Positions 28,201 through 41,135 of a stretch of DNA of 64,000 bases are shown in pieces (the first letter of the stretch is position 1; every line of letters starts with the position of its first letter). Made by a program: the position numbers and the translations under genes. The DNA is from Dimorphilus gyrociliatus (lineage: Eukaryota > Animalia > Annelida). The notes under the pieces were generated by a model. The model was not told the DNA's origin. It searched no databases and was given only the letters and a program-made list of their open reading frames with translations. Location: positions 806,001 to 870,000 of the forward strand of contig CAJFCJ010000010.1 in assembly GCA_904063045.1 (NCBI GenBank), read 5' to 3'.

Positions 28201-29156
28201 ACCGCACGCTATACCAATTGATTTATGATGACTCTCTTTAAAAAAGAGTAGCGTAAATTACCCTTCTGATAGGAGAAGGAAGTATAAACTTGCTAAAACT
28301 AATACTCTGTAACAGAATACTATCTACCATCGTTTACTTATTGAAATAGTTGAAACCATATTTCATATCTCGGGGGAAAGAATTTGAAATTTATTATATT
28401 GTTAAAAGCATAAGTATTTCTGTACATGAACCATATTAACAATTTTAATTAATTGAATATATATGAAATCAAAGCATATGCATGGCGTTTATTATACATT
28501 ATATGTTATAGTGTATATAATTTATATAAGAGAAATGAAACGAACAATTAATTCCATTTTTCTAACTTTAAGAGAGATACAATTAGAGCGAAGATTAGAG
28601 TTAAGTAAACAGGGAAATCGGTAAACAGAGAACAAAGACTGTTTTTCTTATGAATATGTGACAAATAATTATATAACAAGGGTAGCAAACTATTGATTTT
28701 TCTGTGCAATTAATTTTACTTACTGATAAGTTTAAGTCAATTGAAATTTTAACTTTTATACGATGTTATTATATTGTAACTAAATTATTTAAATAAATTT
28801 TTTTCTCGATAAAAGGAAGACTTTAATAAATAAAAAAAAAAGAAGGTAGACATTGCACAAAAAAAAGCATTAATTATGCGATTGAATTACCTTTTGTCAA
28901 AGTTTGACACATAATTCTTCTTATTAAAATTAGGAGTTGCTACATTGCTGTTTATAGTTTATCGTATGTTAATATATAACTAATATTATATATTAGTATA
29001 ATTTAAAATAGATTTTATATATACATATCTCATTATATGTATAATCTTATGTGTGTATGAGAAATATATACATGTACGTGTGTAAGAAATTATTCATCAG
29101 GTTTTACCCTGTAAATTATCAATTCGCTCTTTTTCTTTATTCCAAACAGCCCAACT

Positions 29157-30209
29157 ATGTTAAATCAAACTGGAAATAGTACTACAAATTTCGAATATGA
29201 TGTGGCCTATGCTCTTATTAAATATAGCTTTCCAATTATTATTATTGCGGGAACTGTTGGAAATACCTTATCGTTTTTAGTATTGCTCAGTAAGAAGTTA
29301 CGAAAACAGAGCGTTTACCTTTTTCTTGCTTGTTTAGCAATTAGCGATACTTTGGTTTTATATTTCAGCGCTTTAAAAACTTGGCTTCGCGTTATTACTG
29401 AATATGAAATATTGCACCAATCTTACCTTTCTTGTAAACTTATAACTTTTATTCTTCACACTTCTTTTCACCTATCAAGCTGGTTCGTTGTACTTGTCAA
29501 CCTGGATCGTTTCTACGCCATATGGTGGCCCATGAAAGCCGTCCTCGTTTTTAGTCCTAAGAAAGCCAAAACTGTTCTGGTAGCTACAACATTATTGGCC
29601 TGCGTCTACAGTAGCCATGTATTTTGGACGTACACCTTGAAATTGAATAGCAAGGAGAGAAGATTGAGTTGCGTATCTTCGGATAAGTACGAATATTTCA
29701 TGATGCATATATTTCCTTCTCTCAAATTAACGACTTACTGTTTCCTTCCTTTTGCACTTGTTCTAGTAATGAATATTGCTATAATTTGTAAATTAGTAAG
29801 GAGATCAAATCAAGTACGGAGATTAACTTCACAAGCTTATCAAACGGTCAATAATAAATACAAGATAGTTAGTTTACTTTTAACTCTATCTTTCACTTGG
29901 TTAATTCTTACAAGTCCATACTCAATATGGAGTCTAAATGGTTATCGAGGAACAGAAAAGGGGGCAAAAGAGAACACGATGCTATTAAAAACAATACTGT
30001 TTACTATGATGTACATCAACCACGCATTAAACTTTTATATTTACTGCCTTACTGGGAGAAAATTTCGAGGTGAATTAATGAACTTTTTAAAATGTCAAAA
30101 ACCGGAAAAGATCAGAAGATCTATCAGACTGTCTACAGTCAGAGCACAAAAATCACTTTGCACAGACTTAGGAGATGGTGAATCAAGTAAAAATCTGATG
30201 AAGATCTAA
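29157..30209 (+). CDS. Intronless rhodopsin-class peptide GPCR (FMRFamide/sex-peptide/TRH-receptor-like invertebrate expansion), 350 aa
   Basis: Single ORF with N-glycosylation sequons (NQT, NST), GTVGNTLS (TM1), LAISD (TM2), LDRFYAIWWP (TM3/ICL2), LTSPY (TM6) and NHALNFYIYCLTGRKFR (TM7/H8). Confidence 0.93.
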   Translation: MLNQTGNSTTNFEYDVAYALIKYSFPIIIIAGTVGNTLSFLVLLSKKLRKQSVYLFLACLAISDTLVLYFSALKTWLRVITEYEILHQSYLSCKLITFILHTSFHLSSWFVVLVNLDRFYAIWWPMKAVLVFSPKKAKTVLVATTLLACVYSSHVFWTYTLKLNSKERRLSCVSSDKYEYFMMHIFPSLKLTTYCFLPFALVLVMNIAIICKLVRRSNQVRRLTSQAYQTVNNKYKIVSLLLTLSFTWLILTSPYSIWSLNGYRGTEKGAKENTMLLKTILFTMMYINHALNFYIYCLTGRKFRGELMNFLKCQKPEKIRRSIRLSTVRAQKSLCTDLGDGESSKNLMKI

Positions 30210-30463
30210 TCATATAATCCTGCTATACATAATCTATATTGGATATATCTGCTCGCCTTTTATCTTTAAGTTATCTATATACAACATTAAGCAATCTTTT
30301 AATGTAGCCTTTTATTCTAGAACCTTGAACTTGCGACAATTTTTTACGTATTTTAACAAAAACCTATAAAACCAAGTTTTTTCACTAAATTAATAAAAAA
30401 TAATTATATTAAATTACTATTTATCATCTGAACTTCTCTCTTCCGTCTCATTCTCATCAAACA

Positions 30464-30493
30464 TCCTCCTCCTCCTCCTCCTCCTCCTCCTCC
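30464..30493 (+). repeat. (TCC)10 microsatellite
   Basis: Seen directly. Confidence 0.9.
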
Positions 30494-33400
30494 TTCTCCC
30501 CTTCACCTTCTCCTTCTCCTCCTGCATCTTATCTTCCTTCTCTTCGTCATCGTCCTTGTTCTCCTTCAGCTTGGACCACTACGTTTAAACGTTTTTTCTT
30601 CGTTTTCTTACTTTATACATACGTTTGAAGTCAATTTTAATGCAAAGAATATCTTAATTTTTGTAATTAAACCCACATGAATGAACTTTTATAAATTATG
30701 AAATATTTAATTCTTTTCACCTTTTAATCATGTAATTTTTTTTAATTTTAAATTGTTATACCTAAAACACTGCAATTATTTCAGTCAAAGCATAGTGCCG
30801 TTTAGAATCGCCTTTGCTCACTTAAATTCAAAATTTCTGATACCACCCAAATTCTTTTCTATAGATTGGCTACAGTTGAGAACTGATAACTATTAGAAAG
30901 TGACTATTTAGCAGATGACATAAGTTTCCTATTGGAAATTGGTCTGGGCAGAAAAGTGGTCAGGGAAATACCTCTAGATCAATTCGCTCAATGTAGTATT
31001 CTACTGACTTAGCTTTGTGGCAGGAGCATTATCTTACTAAAGATATATCCTTACATAGCTTTTCTACTCCGAATAGTAGTGCTTCAATCTCCAATAAATA
31101 GAGATATTTTTTTTATTTCTTTTCTTGAAACGGACGAACCTTAAGGAGGAAGAAAACTTCACTGTTCTTAATAAATTCTCCATGCTTAGGTCTGTTGGAT
31201 TGACTGATCAAGATAAAACTCATCTGTTTATTCAATGAATTATTATGGGTAAGTTTGATCATGTTATGAACATTTGACTTCTTGGTGTAAAAAGTATCAA
31301 TAATATCTTGACAATTGTTCTCCTCAGCAAGTTTCTTCCTGACTGTTCTATGTAGTTGTCTTTTGTAAGAGTGCAATTTTTCAACGAATTATAATTTAAT
31401 GAAAAAAGTATGTGAAGTAAGCCGTAGGTCTTTGATGAAGATGACAAACACTGAAAGCAATGATTTTTCTATATAATTTATCATTATTTTTTTTACTGTT
31501 ACTAATATTATTACAGATGACCATCGTTTAAATTCTTTCTTCTTTTAAATTACTCTCTTCCAGGATTTATCGTATAGTAAAAGCTAGTTAATTAATTAAT
31601 TATCGTTTCAAAGAGTTTTAAGGTATTGAAAAATTTGTTAATTTCTTCAATCTTTCTTCAACTTTTTTGTTGGAGTACCATTTTCTATTTTTAATTAAAT
31701 CCTTATAAGCCGCTTTTCACAATGATGATCTATTTTCTCAAAGAAGGTAATCTTCTACTTAGATCTGTGCCTTACCTTCATAGCTGAGTCATAGTTTTCT
31801 TTCCATAAGCAATGACCTAGGATATGGATACGCAAAAAAAATAAATTAGGAGTTTTCCTAAAATAGAGATCCGTGACGTATTTGCAAAATGATAGGCCTT
31901 GTCCTGCCATTAGTGAAATGATGCAATTGTTTTCCCTTGGTTAATTAGCTATGTTAATAGACAACCGGACAACTGTTAAAGAAAATGTTTTGATTTTTAA
32001 ATAAATAACGGGGTTGTTCGGGCTATATTTAACATACTAATATACTTGTATATAGTATTTTCCCAATGAATAATTAAAGTTCATAGTTTAGTAATAATAA
32101 GTAAGTTAACCAAACAATACATTTCTAGTCTAACTTTGATTTTTTCTCCTCAAGTACAAAATGTGAGCAAGACATAACAGAAGACTTAAATACTTTAATT
32201 AATTAGGTTATTCTCTATAAGAACTTGTCACGTTAATAAGAAATTGAAAATAAATACAACTCTCTGTGGAAATTAATTTTAGAGGCAAAAAATATATTAT
32301 TACAAGATTTTAGCTTGATTATGTAATCTATTTTATCATTCTACACCATCGTTTCTCCTTTGATATATATATATATATATATCTATTATTTTGTACTTGG
32401 CTTTTAAGGCTTTCGTAATAATAATAAAAGTTATAATATATTAATTTTATGCAATAAAACACAAACACACGCGCAACAACAACAATAACAAAAAAAAATT
32501 ATAGATTAGAGCATGCTGTTTTTTAATAAAAACAAAACATATATATATATAAAATATTTGTTAATCTTCTATCCTTTTCTTAGGTAAAGTACTCTTTTAA
32601 CTCTCTCTTTCTTTCAGTCTCTTATCACGCGAAATCTGTCAGGAGAGGAAAATTAAAAGTGTTTACAAAATATTCATCAAGGTTTAAAGCAATATTCATT
32701 TCAATATTATATTCATAGAAGAAACAAATATAGTATTATTTATTGTATATTTTATAATAAAAAGGATTTTTATTAACTTTATTATTGTTATTATTATTAT
32801 TATTATTTAATGATACGAAAAGATAAATTATAATAAACAGAAAAAGAAAAAATTAGACTATTTATAAAAACTTTATGCTAAATTAGGCCAAAAATTACTG
32901 ACAATTTATCATTATTAATTTATATTTAGAACAAAAATCTATAATCTTCCGCTCTTTCCATCTCTCTATCCATCTAATTTTATCTTCAAATGAAAATTTC
33001 TTTCTATTTGCTCCGTTAACACATCTTCGTTGGTATAAATTATTATTTATAATCAGTTATTAATTATCATATTTTTCTGCACAATATACTTATATTAAAG
33101 GAGAAATGTCATCAAACTGTATAAATACATTTTGAGTAATATATAAAAGTATATAATTATTCAACTTCTAAAGATCAAGTTAACTGAAAATGTCGATTTT
33201 TTCTCTATTTCTTTAAGGCTAGGATATTAACCCTACCATTTGCCTTTTTTCTTTATTTTACAAAACATTGTTTTCATACATTTTATATCTATTTTCTTTC
33301 CCTCCATCTCCTCCTCCTCATTGTCATCTCCGTCACACGGTATCCATTTAGAAAGACACATGTATAATACTGTATATGTAATGAATCTTTCTATCGTTCT

Positions 33401-35955
33401 TCTTTACTTTTGCTATTTTTGGTTTGTCTAAAATGCTATCACTAAACGCCTATAATAATTAAACATTATGATTTGAAGACTTTAAGTAAGAAAAAAGTCT
33501 TTAAAATTCTCTGCTAGCTAACCCATATGACGACAATGTTTTATATTTCATATATGTTTTTTTGCATAATTAAACATTAGCACTCTTCGAAAAAGCCTAA
33601 AGTGGCTAGCTTAGATAATTTAGTAAGGATGACACACATTTTAAGCGTTTAAACACAATTCTTATCTAATAAAAATTTGACCTATTTTCCCAAGTCAAGA
33701 AAAATTAAATAATGATACAAAATATATCAACACGGAAAAATACTTTAAACAACTGGGAAAATTGACTTAAAAATTATGATTTATTAGCATTGAGTTTCGA
33801 TTTATTCCAATTGATTGTCAACATATGACAAAGAGGATATTTGCAATTGGTCTTGGTCGTGTATATGCTCGATAACAAAGAATTAACCGCTTTCTTTTGC
33901 TTTTACTTCAAGCTACTTTTAAAAGGAAAGAACAATTTATCATTCAGTTTCGTTAAATTCAGTTAGTAAAGTGTCATTCGATTTATTAAAATATTACTAA
34001 CCAATCTAAATCAACTTCTACATTTTTTGTTTTCTAATAACGAACAATGGACGCTTTTAGATTTATCTAAATGATTATCCATATTACAATATTTAATGCA
34101 AATTGGACACTGTTATCGATCTTGAGGGAGGAATTCTTGAAGCAGAAGAGTTGATGCTTTCATCGAAACCCTTAAGCCACCTTGTTTCTAGTATTACCTT
34201 TCCTTTGGAACTGGAGAAAAATTACTTTCACAGAGAGCCTTTTAGGTATATACACTTCTCATGTATTATTCATTCAGAATTATACAGTTAGAAAGAATAT
34301 TCGGAAGCATTTCTTTTCTTCTCTATGAAGTATCTCTACCAGGCATTCGTTCTATTTTCTACCGTACTCTAATTTATAAAGAAGAGTCTTAAGGAATTCG
34401 TTCTAAACCCTTTTTTGTAGTTAAAGACACAAATAGTATAGGCGAAAGTGATTTTAGTTTTTTCTTTTTTTTCTCAAAGTAGCGGAATGTTGGCATTTTC
34501 TTCCGTTTGACATAGTTTAAGAAAAATTACGCCGGTTTTTAATTTTGTGAGTCTTGGGAAAAGATATTGTGACAATATCCCTTCATTTCGCAGAGTTTGT
34601 TAATGAAAGCAAAAAATAGATTTAATTACGCTACATTAATGCATCACCTACTACAAGGGGAAGTTGGTGTTAAAGATGGGGTATTATTTCTACTAAATTT
34701 TCGTAAACTGATCTATAATCATTAATTTACTCTTTCTTCTTTTATATATCCATTTTTGTTTTTGTTTTACGGTCTTTAATGAAGAAGAGAGATATATAGA
34801 TAAATAGATAAATAGACAGATAGATAGAAAAGAGGAAATTGTTTTATTATTTATCGCCATCTTGGCTTTCTACTATACTTAATTCTTTCCTTGGTTAAAA
34901 AGCAATCTTAATTTTCTTTATTTAAGAGCAAATGTGATTTTTGTTTATTACCCTAACCATAAACTATATATCTCCCCTCCTTTATTCATCTTCTAAGGAG
35001 AAATCAAGACTCTCAAAGATTTTGATATTAGGCGTTTTCTTCGATTCAGGAAAATATTTAAAAGCCTTAAATCTTTTTTTTCCTTTCTTTTTCCTTTCAT
35101 TTTTAAAATGAAACAATATTTCAAACTTTTGCTAATAGTAAAGCACTTGGATGATTGACCTGCGACCTACGGATTTAATCGATAAACCATTTATCGGTTT
35201 TTTTTCCAACAAAATGACTATTCTAAGTAAGTCTCTACGGTAGTATTGCATATAACTAGAACAAGTATACAATGATTTAATTTGGCTAAAATCCATGTGG
35301 GGTTTATAACTTTTGATTGTCAATTTGATCTGAGAGAACAAAATGACTGTAAATCGCTTTAGGAGTAAAAATATATAGATGTTATATACTACATTGCATA
35401 TAATATTCTTTAAAATGACATATCTAAAGTAAGTTTACTAGGAAACTATTCCTAGAAAATCATCCCCAGAAAATAAGCAGTAGACACTGTGCTATTCAAA
35501 AATATATAAAATCACGATATCTAGATATAACATCCATAAATAAACATATAGAACAAAGTAAACAGTAGAAACTTTTAGATACCATATATCCTACGGTTTC
35601 TCTGTTTATTCCAAAAAACGACTAAATTGCATTTAATACTTTTTATCCTTAACCTTTCTAATTGGATTAATGGAATAGTATTTAAAATCATACCAGGTTG
35701 GAGTCTTCCACACAAAGGATATTAAAGTTTCGTTATTTTCTAAAATATACAAAAAAGAAGTATGAAAACAAACGGACAATTATAGAACAAAATGTAATTT
35801 ATATTTATAAAGAAGAGAAGAGAGCAGGTTAAACTTTTGTGAATAATTGTAATAAGCTAGAAGATAGAGCTTAAATGCTCTATTGAGATGACTTCAATAT
35901 CACATAGCAAGTAATGATCCCTTTCTCTTGAGAAATCAATTTATTTATATTTTAG

Positions 35956-36012
35956 ATGTATATATATATATATATACAGTATATATGTATATATATATAT
36001 ATATATATATAC

Positions 36013-36056
<44 letters not shown>

Positions 36057-36094
36057 TTATTTATTTATATATTTATATATATATAGTTGTATAT
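35956..36094. repeat. Long (TA)n microsatellite with inverted ACAACT/AGTTGT flanks (fold-back)
   Basis: Seen directly: a TA tract interrupted by (TTTA)n, with ACAACT at 36011-36016 and AGTTGT at 36085-36090. Confidence 0.85.
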
Positions 36095-37875
36095 AATGAT
36101 TGTTAGCTTTCTATGTCTAGTTATATATAAATAAAACAGGATTTAAAAATACTATTTTGTTTTTGTTCTTTCTCTCTATCCGTAAGCCTATCTTTCTGCA
36201 TGTCTGTCAATCAATCTTTCCTGCCTCTCGTTCCCTTCCTTCTATCTCTTCACCATTACAAAATTTTTAGTGAAGCTATAACTCGTCAATCCATAATTAA
36301 TATCCATTTGTAAATAAATAGACTATCTATAGATTGTGCGGATTTAAACAATATATTTATACATATTTTCTTATTCTATTACGCACATGGCAAAAGAACA
36401 ATTGAAGTAAAAGAGAAATTATTGATGTTTTTCTTTTTCATACTATCTAATTATTGATTTAGTATTAAAATGTTTAACAAAAGGAATAGAACATGGCGAA
36501 AAAGGTGATCAAAAAATCAACGAATACAGTATTTTAATGACACTGATCCCAAAAATACCCTTATGTCACTAGAGTGATTCGTTTTTCTAATATCGTAAAA
36601 TAATATTTTCCATCCTTAGGCTATGAGAAACATCAACGAGACAATAGTTTAAAAAATATGATATTCATAGGTGACGAAAAAACTCGGGAAAATAATTTTT
36701 TCTCTATTAATTAACGTAAGTAATAAAACCCTATTAATTTCCTCACCTAAACATTTATGGTACTTAATTATAATTTAAGTTCAGATATACTTAGGAGCAA
36801 TCAAATCACAGTAAGAAATCTTTACCAATGATCAACTATAATTGAATATTAATGACCAAAACTAAATGAGGAGGAAAATTTTTCATGTGAAAATTAATTT
36901 ACCTCATTCCATCAAGTATAATTTTTTTGTCCTTTTATTCCGGATGACACCGGAAAAGGAGACATCACGAATTTTCCATGCTGTACATGTTTGTCTTATT
37001 TTTTTTACAAATTTACTGTACATACTGTATATATTGCTAATAGCAGGTGAGGAAAAGCATTATTTAGTAAAATACTATCCTCACTGTAGACTATTTTAAT
37101 GTAAATATATATTTATAGAGAACATTTTCTAAAACAGAGTACAAAAAATCAATCCATATTTACAAATTAAAAATATAGAATTAAACTCATTTCGACTTTG
37201 ATCTAAAGCCTTGACTAGAGTCAAATTGAATGTGTTTTCATTTTCTCCTTTCAAATCTCCTATTTTGACTTTACGGTAAAATATTAAATTATATTTTTTC
37301 GCTTGCCTCCTTTCTCCTCTCTCTTCTCTCATTTAATTCTTTTCTGTTTCCTGTTCGCAAAGCAACATATCTTTATTAACAATCTATTTTTTTTTATATT
37401 TCTAGGAATAAAGTCTACTATAGTTTATTTTGCTCATAATTTGTCCATAATTATTCTCCTGCTTCTCCATCATATTCTATCTCTTCCATCGATTTTTTAT
37501 CTTCGCTGTGATCAGTTTATAATTGTTGACCATAAATCGAAATGTATCCCTTTTTATGGGTAAGTAAATAAACAAGAAAAAAAAAAACAACTTTCGTGGA
37601 AAATTTGCGCTTCACTGATAATTAGAGTTAATTAAGCTGATTAACTATTACCTGGGAACACTTTTAAGCTGGAATTAAAAATAATTCTTAAAAATTATTC
37701 AGAATATAGTCTATCCGTAGACGCTTGTCTTCTCTTTTCCTTCTAGACTATATAATGTTTTGTAAAGTTTCTTGTCATTTGAATTGAAAAGGTTATTTGT
37801 AGGTTAATTGAGTCTTTAAATTGTGACGGGATATTACAAGAAACTTGACATTCAGCTTATGAAAATACCTCAACT

Positions 37876-37890
37876 GTCGCCATCTATAGG
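37876..37890 (-). promoter_or_regulatory. CTCF-like motif (CCTATAGATGGCGAC) just 3' of the GlnT-like gene
   Basis: Close to the CCASYAGRKGGC consensus. Motif match only. Confidence 0.45.
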
Positions 37891-38051
37891 TAAATCTAGA
37901 TAAATAATGTTCTAGTTTACACAGGAATAGATTTTATCATTTTTTGTATTTCTGCCAATTTATCTAATTGTACGTGTATTTGAATTAAAATAAAACTATT
38001 ATATGATAATTTGTTGGGTTTTAAAACTTCAAACAACACAGACAAGACAAA

Positions 38052-39862
38052 TTAAATGTTGGAATAATAATTAATTTCCCACTGGGTAATTTGGGACATA
38101 AACGAGTCCCATTCTTTTCTTTTCATATGAAGAAAGCCATCAATTATTCCTTGACCAAGAGATTCCCTTAGAAATTCATTAGACTCCAATTTATTTAATG
38201 CTGCGTCAAGGCTCATGGGAACTTTTTTAAATTGCCCAGAATAGTTTTGAACATCGAAATCTACTCTAGGTCCTGGATCTGAAGAGAAAATTACGACTTT
38301 AACTTTATTATAAGAACTGCAAATTAATCTTTCAAGCAATATAAAATAATAACGAAATATTTTTCTTTACCCGTTTTATTTTTTATTCCATCAAGACCAG
38401 TTGATAATATTGCAGCATGCATCAAATACGGATTTGCTGCTGCATCCGGTAATCTAAGTTCTATCCTGAAATAGATAATAGTAAAAGCGTACTATTTTCA
38501 ATGTCATAATAAATATGAAATGCAATAGGAAATAGAAATACCTATCAGAAACTGGTACTCTAATGAGAACACTTCTATTATTACCACCCCAAGATATTTT
38601 GTTTGGACACCACACGCCTCTATTAAGCCTCTTATAACTATTTACTGTTGAACAGTAAAGAGCACAAGCCGATTCAATGTTGTTTAGTAAACCTCCTATG
38701 AAATTATAGCCTAACGACGATAAACCGATTTCATCTGTGTCGTCTTCAAACAGGTTCTTTGTTGAGTTAGAATTCCAGAGCGAAATGTTAGTGTGCAAAC
38801 CATTAGCTAAAACAAAAAAATTCGTATAAACTGCTATATTAGACTTAAAAAAAACTCAACTATAAATTTACAATAGTATAAATAAACTAACCACAAAGTA
38901 CTTCTGGTAAAGGTACCGCCATAAAAGACGCCTTAACGCCGTGTATTTCGGCTAATTGCTTTATCATAAATTTCATAAACATTTGTCTATCTGACATCTT
39001 CAAGCAGTCAACATAATCGAAATTAATTTCATATTGACAACACGAAGATTCGTGATCAATTTCGTACGGATTCCAACCAATTTTTTCCATACAATCTGCT
39101 AATTCGCAGAGGAAATTTGAATGTCTTAGCGTTGAATGAGGATCTTGAAGACTCATAGGTTGCTGCATATCACATTCGTCATATAATCTCTTACCATCCT
39201 TAGTTAATAGCATAAATTCCGCTTAAACAGTAAAGAAAAACCAGTCAGATAGATAGCTAGAGAGAGAGAGAGAGAGAGAGAAAGATAATGAAAGAGACAG
39301 AGACAGGGAGAGAGAGAGAAGAAAAAATTACGAATATTAACTCAATGCGAAAACAAATTTGAATAGAGAGAAATTAATAATATATTCAGTAATTCCTTAC
39401 GTTCAATACCAGATTTCATAAAATAACCCATCGATTGGGCATCTTGTATTTGTCTTTTTAAACAATCTCTGGGGCATTGTTCGTATGGTTTATTATACAT
39501 GTATAAATCACTATAGGGTTAAAAAAGAGACAATTTACATAGATATCTGAATATCTCCATTATTATTTTGAAAAATAAACACAAAACTATTAATTCATTA
39601 ACCTGCTTAACCATCCAAAATTAGGTTTCCAAGGCAACTGAATTAACGTCGAAGGGTCAGGTTTAATTACCATTTCCGGTTCGGCAGGAGAAGATTTGAA
39701 GAACATGGCTGCAGGCATCCCACACCCTTTATCTTGAACCATTTTAATTGCTTTTTTAGGTATTAGAGAACATCTGGAATCCGCATTTAGTGGTGAATAA
39801 GAAACCAGAAAGTAGTCTATTCCTAATTTTTTTGCAGTTTCTTCTAAATCAATCGAAGACAT
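38052..39862 (-). CDS. Glutamine-synthetase-fold ligase most similar to bacterial GlnT (type III glutamate-ammonia ligase) / GmaS gamma-glutamylmethylamide synthetase; 428 aa, six exons
   Basis: Exons 39862-39603, 39510-39401, 39221-38892, 38806-38542, 38465-38371 and 38278-38052, with GT-AG introns of 92, 179, 85, 76 and 92 nt; total CDS 1287 nt. GS motifs: GIEPEF, DHE...[34 protein letters not shown]. GlnT-like signatures: [34 protein letters not shown] and C-terminal EW..F...IT.WE. Confidence 0.92.
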
Positions 39863-40499
39863 GATTTCTGTCTCCAACTGCAATTGGAAAGCAGGAAATT
39901 TATCAGTCCGGTATCCCGTCCCTCTCTTTTATACTTTAGGTAACCATAATTTACAATAGAATGACATACCATATTAGATCAATATACTACGCCAGATTGA
40001 TGTTTGTCAAAAACAAGTTGGTACCTAGATTTATTATGAGCGGCTTTTATCAAATATAGAAGAAAGCACGAAAATTAAAGATTAGACATACATTTGTAGT
40101 CTTAATTCTCATAGTCATTTTAAAGTGGTGACATAGTTTTATTCCTGATACTTAAAGTCTACATTTTTTAACCTTGATAAAACAATTTATTTCACTTCCG
40201 ACTTGCTATAATATTAGTATTCTAGCATTATTGATGCCAACCTAAACACTAGTTTTCAATTATCCTATTTTTTTTTTACCTTATTTCTGCCTATATATTC
40301 AATTATTTTCATTTTGCTATTTATCTTTTTTATTTGAATTACATTTTTCTCTTTTCTCTCTTTCTATCTACATATCTGTGTAACTCTTACTCTTTCCCTC
40401 TCTCTCTCTCTCCAGTTGTTCGAGCTTTATCATTTGTACAATATATGTAAATAGGTCGGGATAAAATATTGCATAATAAAAATTTTCAAGCCATTTATT

Positions 40500-40514
40500 T
40501 CGCTAGATGGCGTT
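40500..40514 (+). promoter_or_regulatory. CTCF-like motif (TCGCTAGATGGCGTT) in the divergent promoter region between the GlnT-like and peptidase genes
   Basis: Contains the CTAGATGGCG core. Motif match only. Confidence 0.45.
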
Positions 40515-41135
40515 TAATTTCATTAAAAAATGACGATCAAATATATTGAACATGTTCTAAGAAGAGCAAAGATTTGAATAGGAAGAAGAGTATTTTTTCT
40601 TTAACATTTCCTCTCATATAGATCTGACAATTGAGAGATATCGTTAACCTTTTTTTGTTCAGTTTTAAAACAATATATAATTCAACTTTCGCTGAATTAG
40701 CGATTTTTATTGTAATGTTTAGTCAATAAAATTTGTAACTACAAAATAAATTATTCTATAGTATCAAGCCTATAAGGAAAATTGAAATTACCTGTGTTAA
40801 ATGAAGGGAAAATGATTTATTGTATATCTATTAAATATACCAAGGAGAAAAATAACTTTCTAATAATTGGTCTTTGATGACTAAATTCTCATTCAAATGA
40901 ATGATTACTGGATGTTTTCCTTATTTATTATTTTATTATCAACTTAATATAGATATAGAATAAAACAATCCTCTTGGTTGGATGGTCTATATTAAATGTC
41001 AGAATAAAAAAAAACAAACTGTCAAATAACATAATCAATCAGACATGGATGCTTGTTTGTTGTATAATTAAGACACAATTGGAATATATATATATACTGT
41101 ATACCGTATACCTTCCATTCAATCACAAGATAAGA

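Noticed and set aside
30900-31450. ORFs 31113-31376 and 31259-31447 and nearby frames, possibly a retroelement relic
   Set aside because: No RT, endonuclease or integrase motif could be recognised.
38052-39862. Bacterial contamination as the explanation for the GlnT-like gene
   Set aside because: Five spliceosomal introns (one containing a GA microsatellite), host-like AT content and contiguity with animal genes argue against it.
40974-41135. 54-codon upstream extension of peptidase exon 1
   Set aside because: Starts at TTG and crosses a TA microsatellite; the ATG at 41136 gives the expected short tail plus TM anchor.
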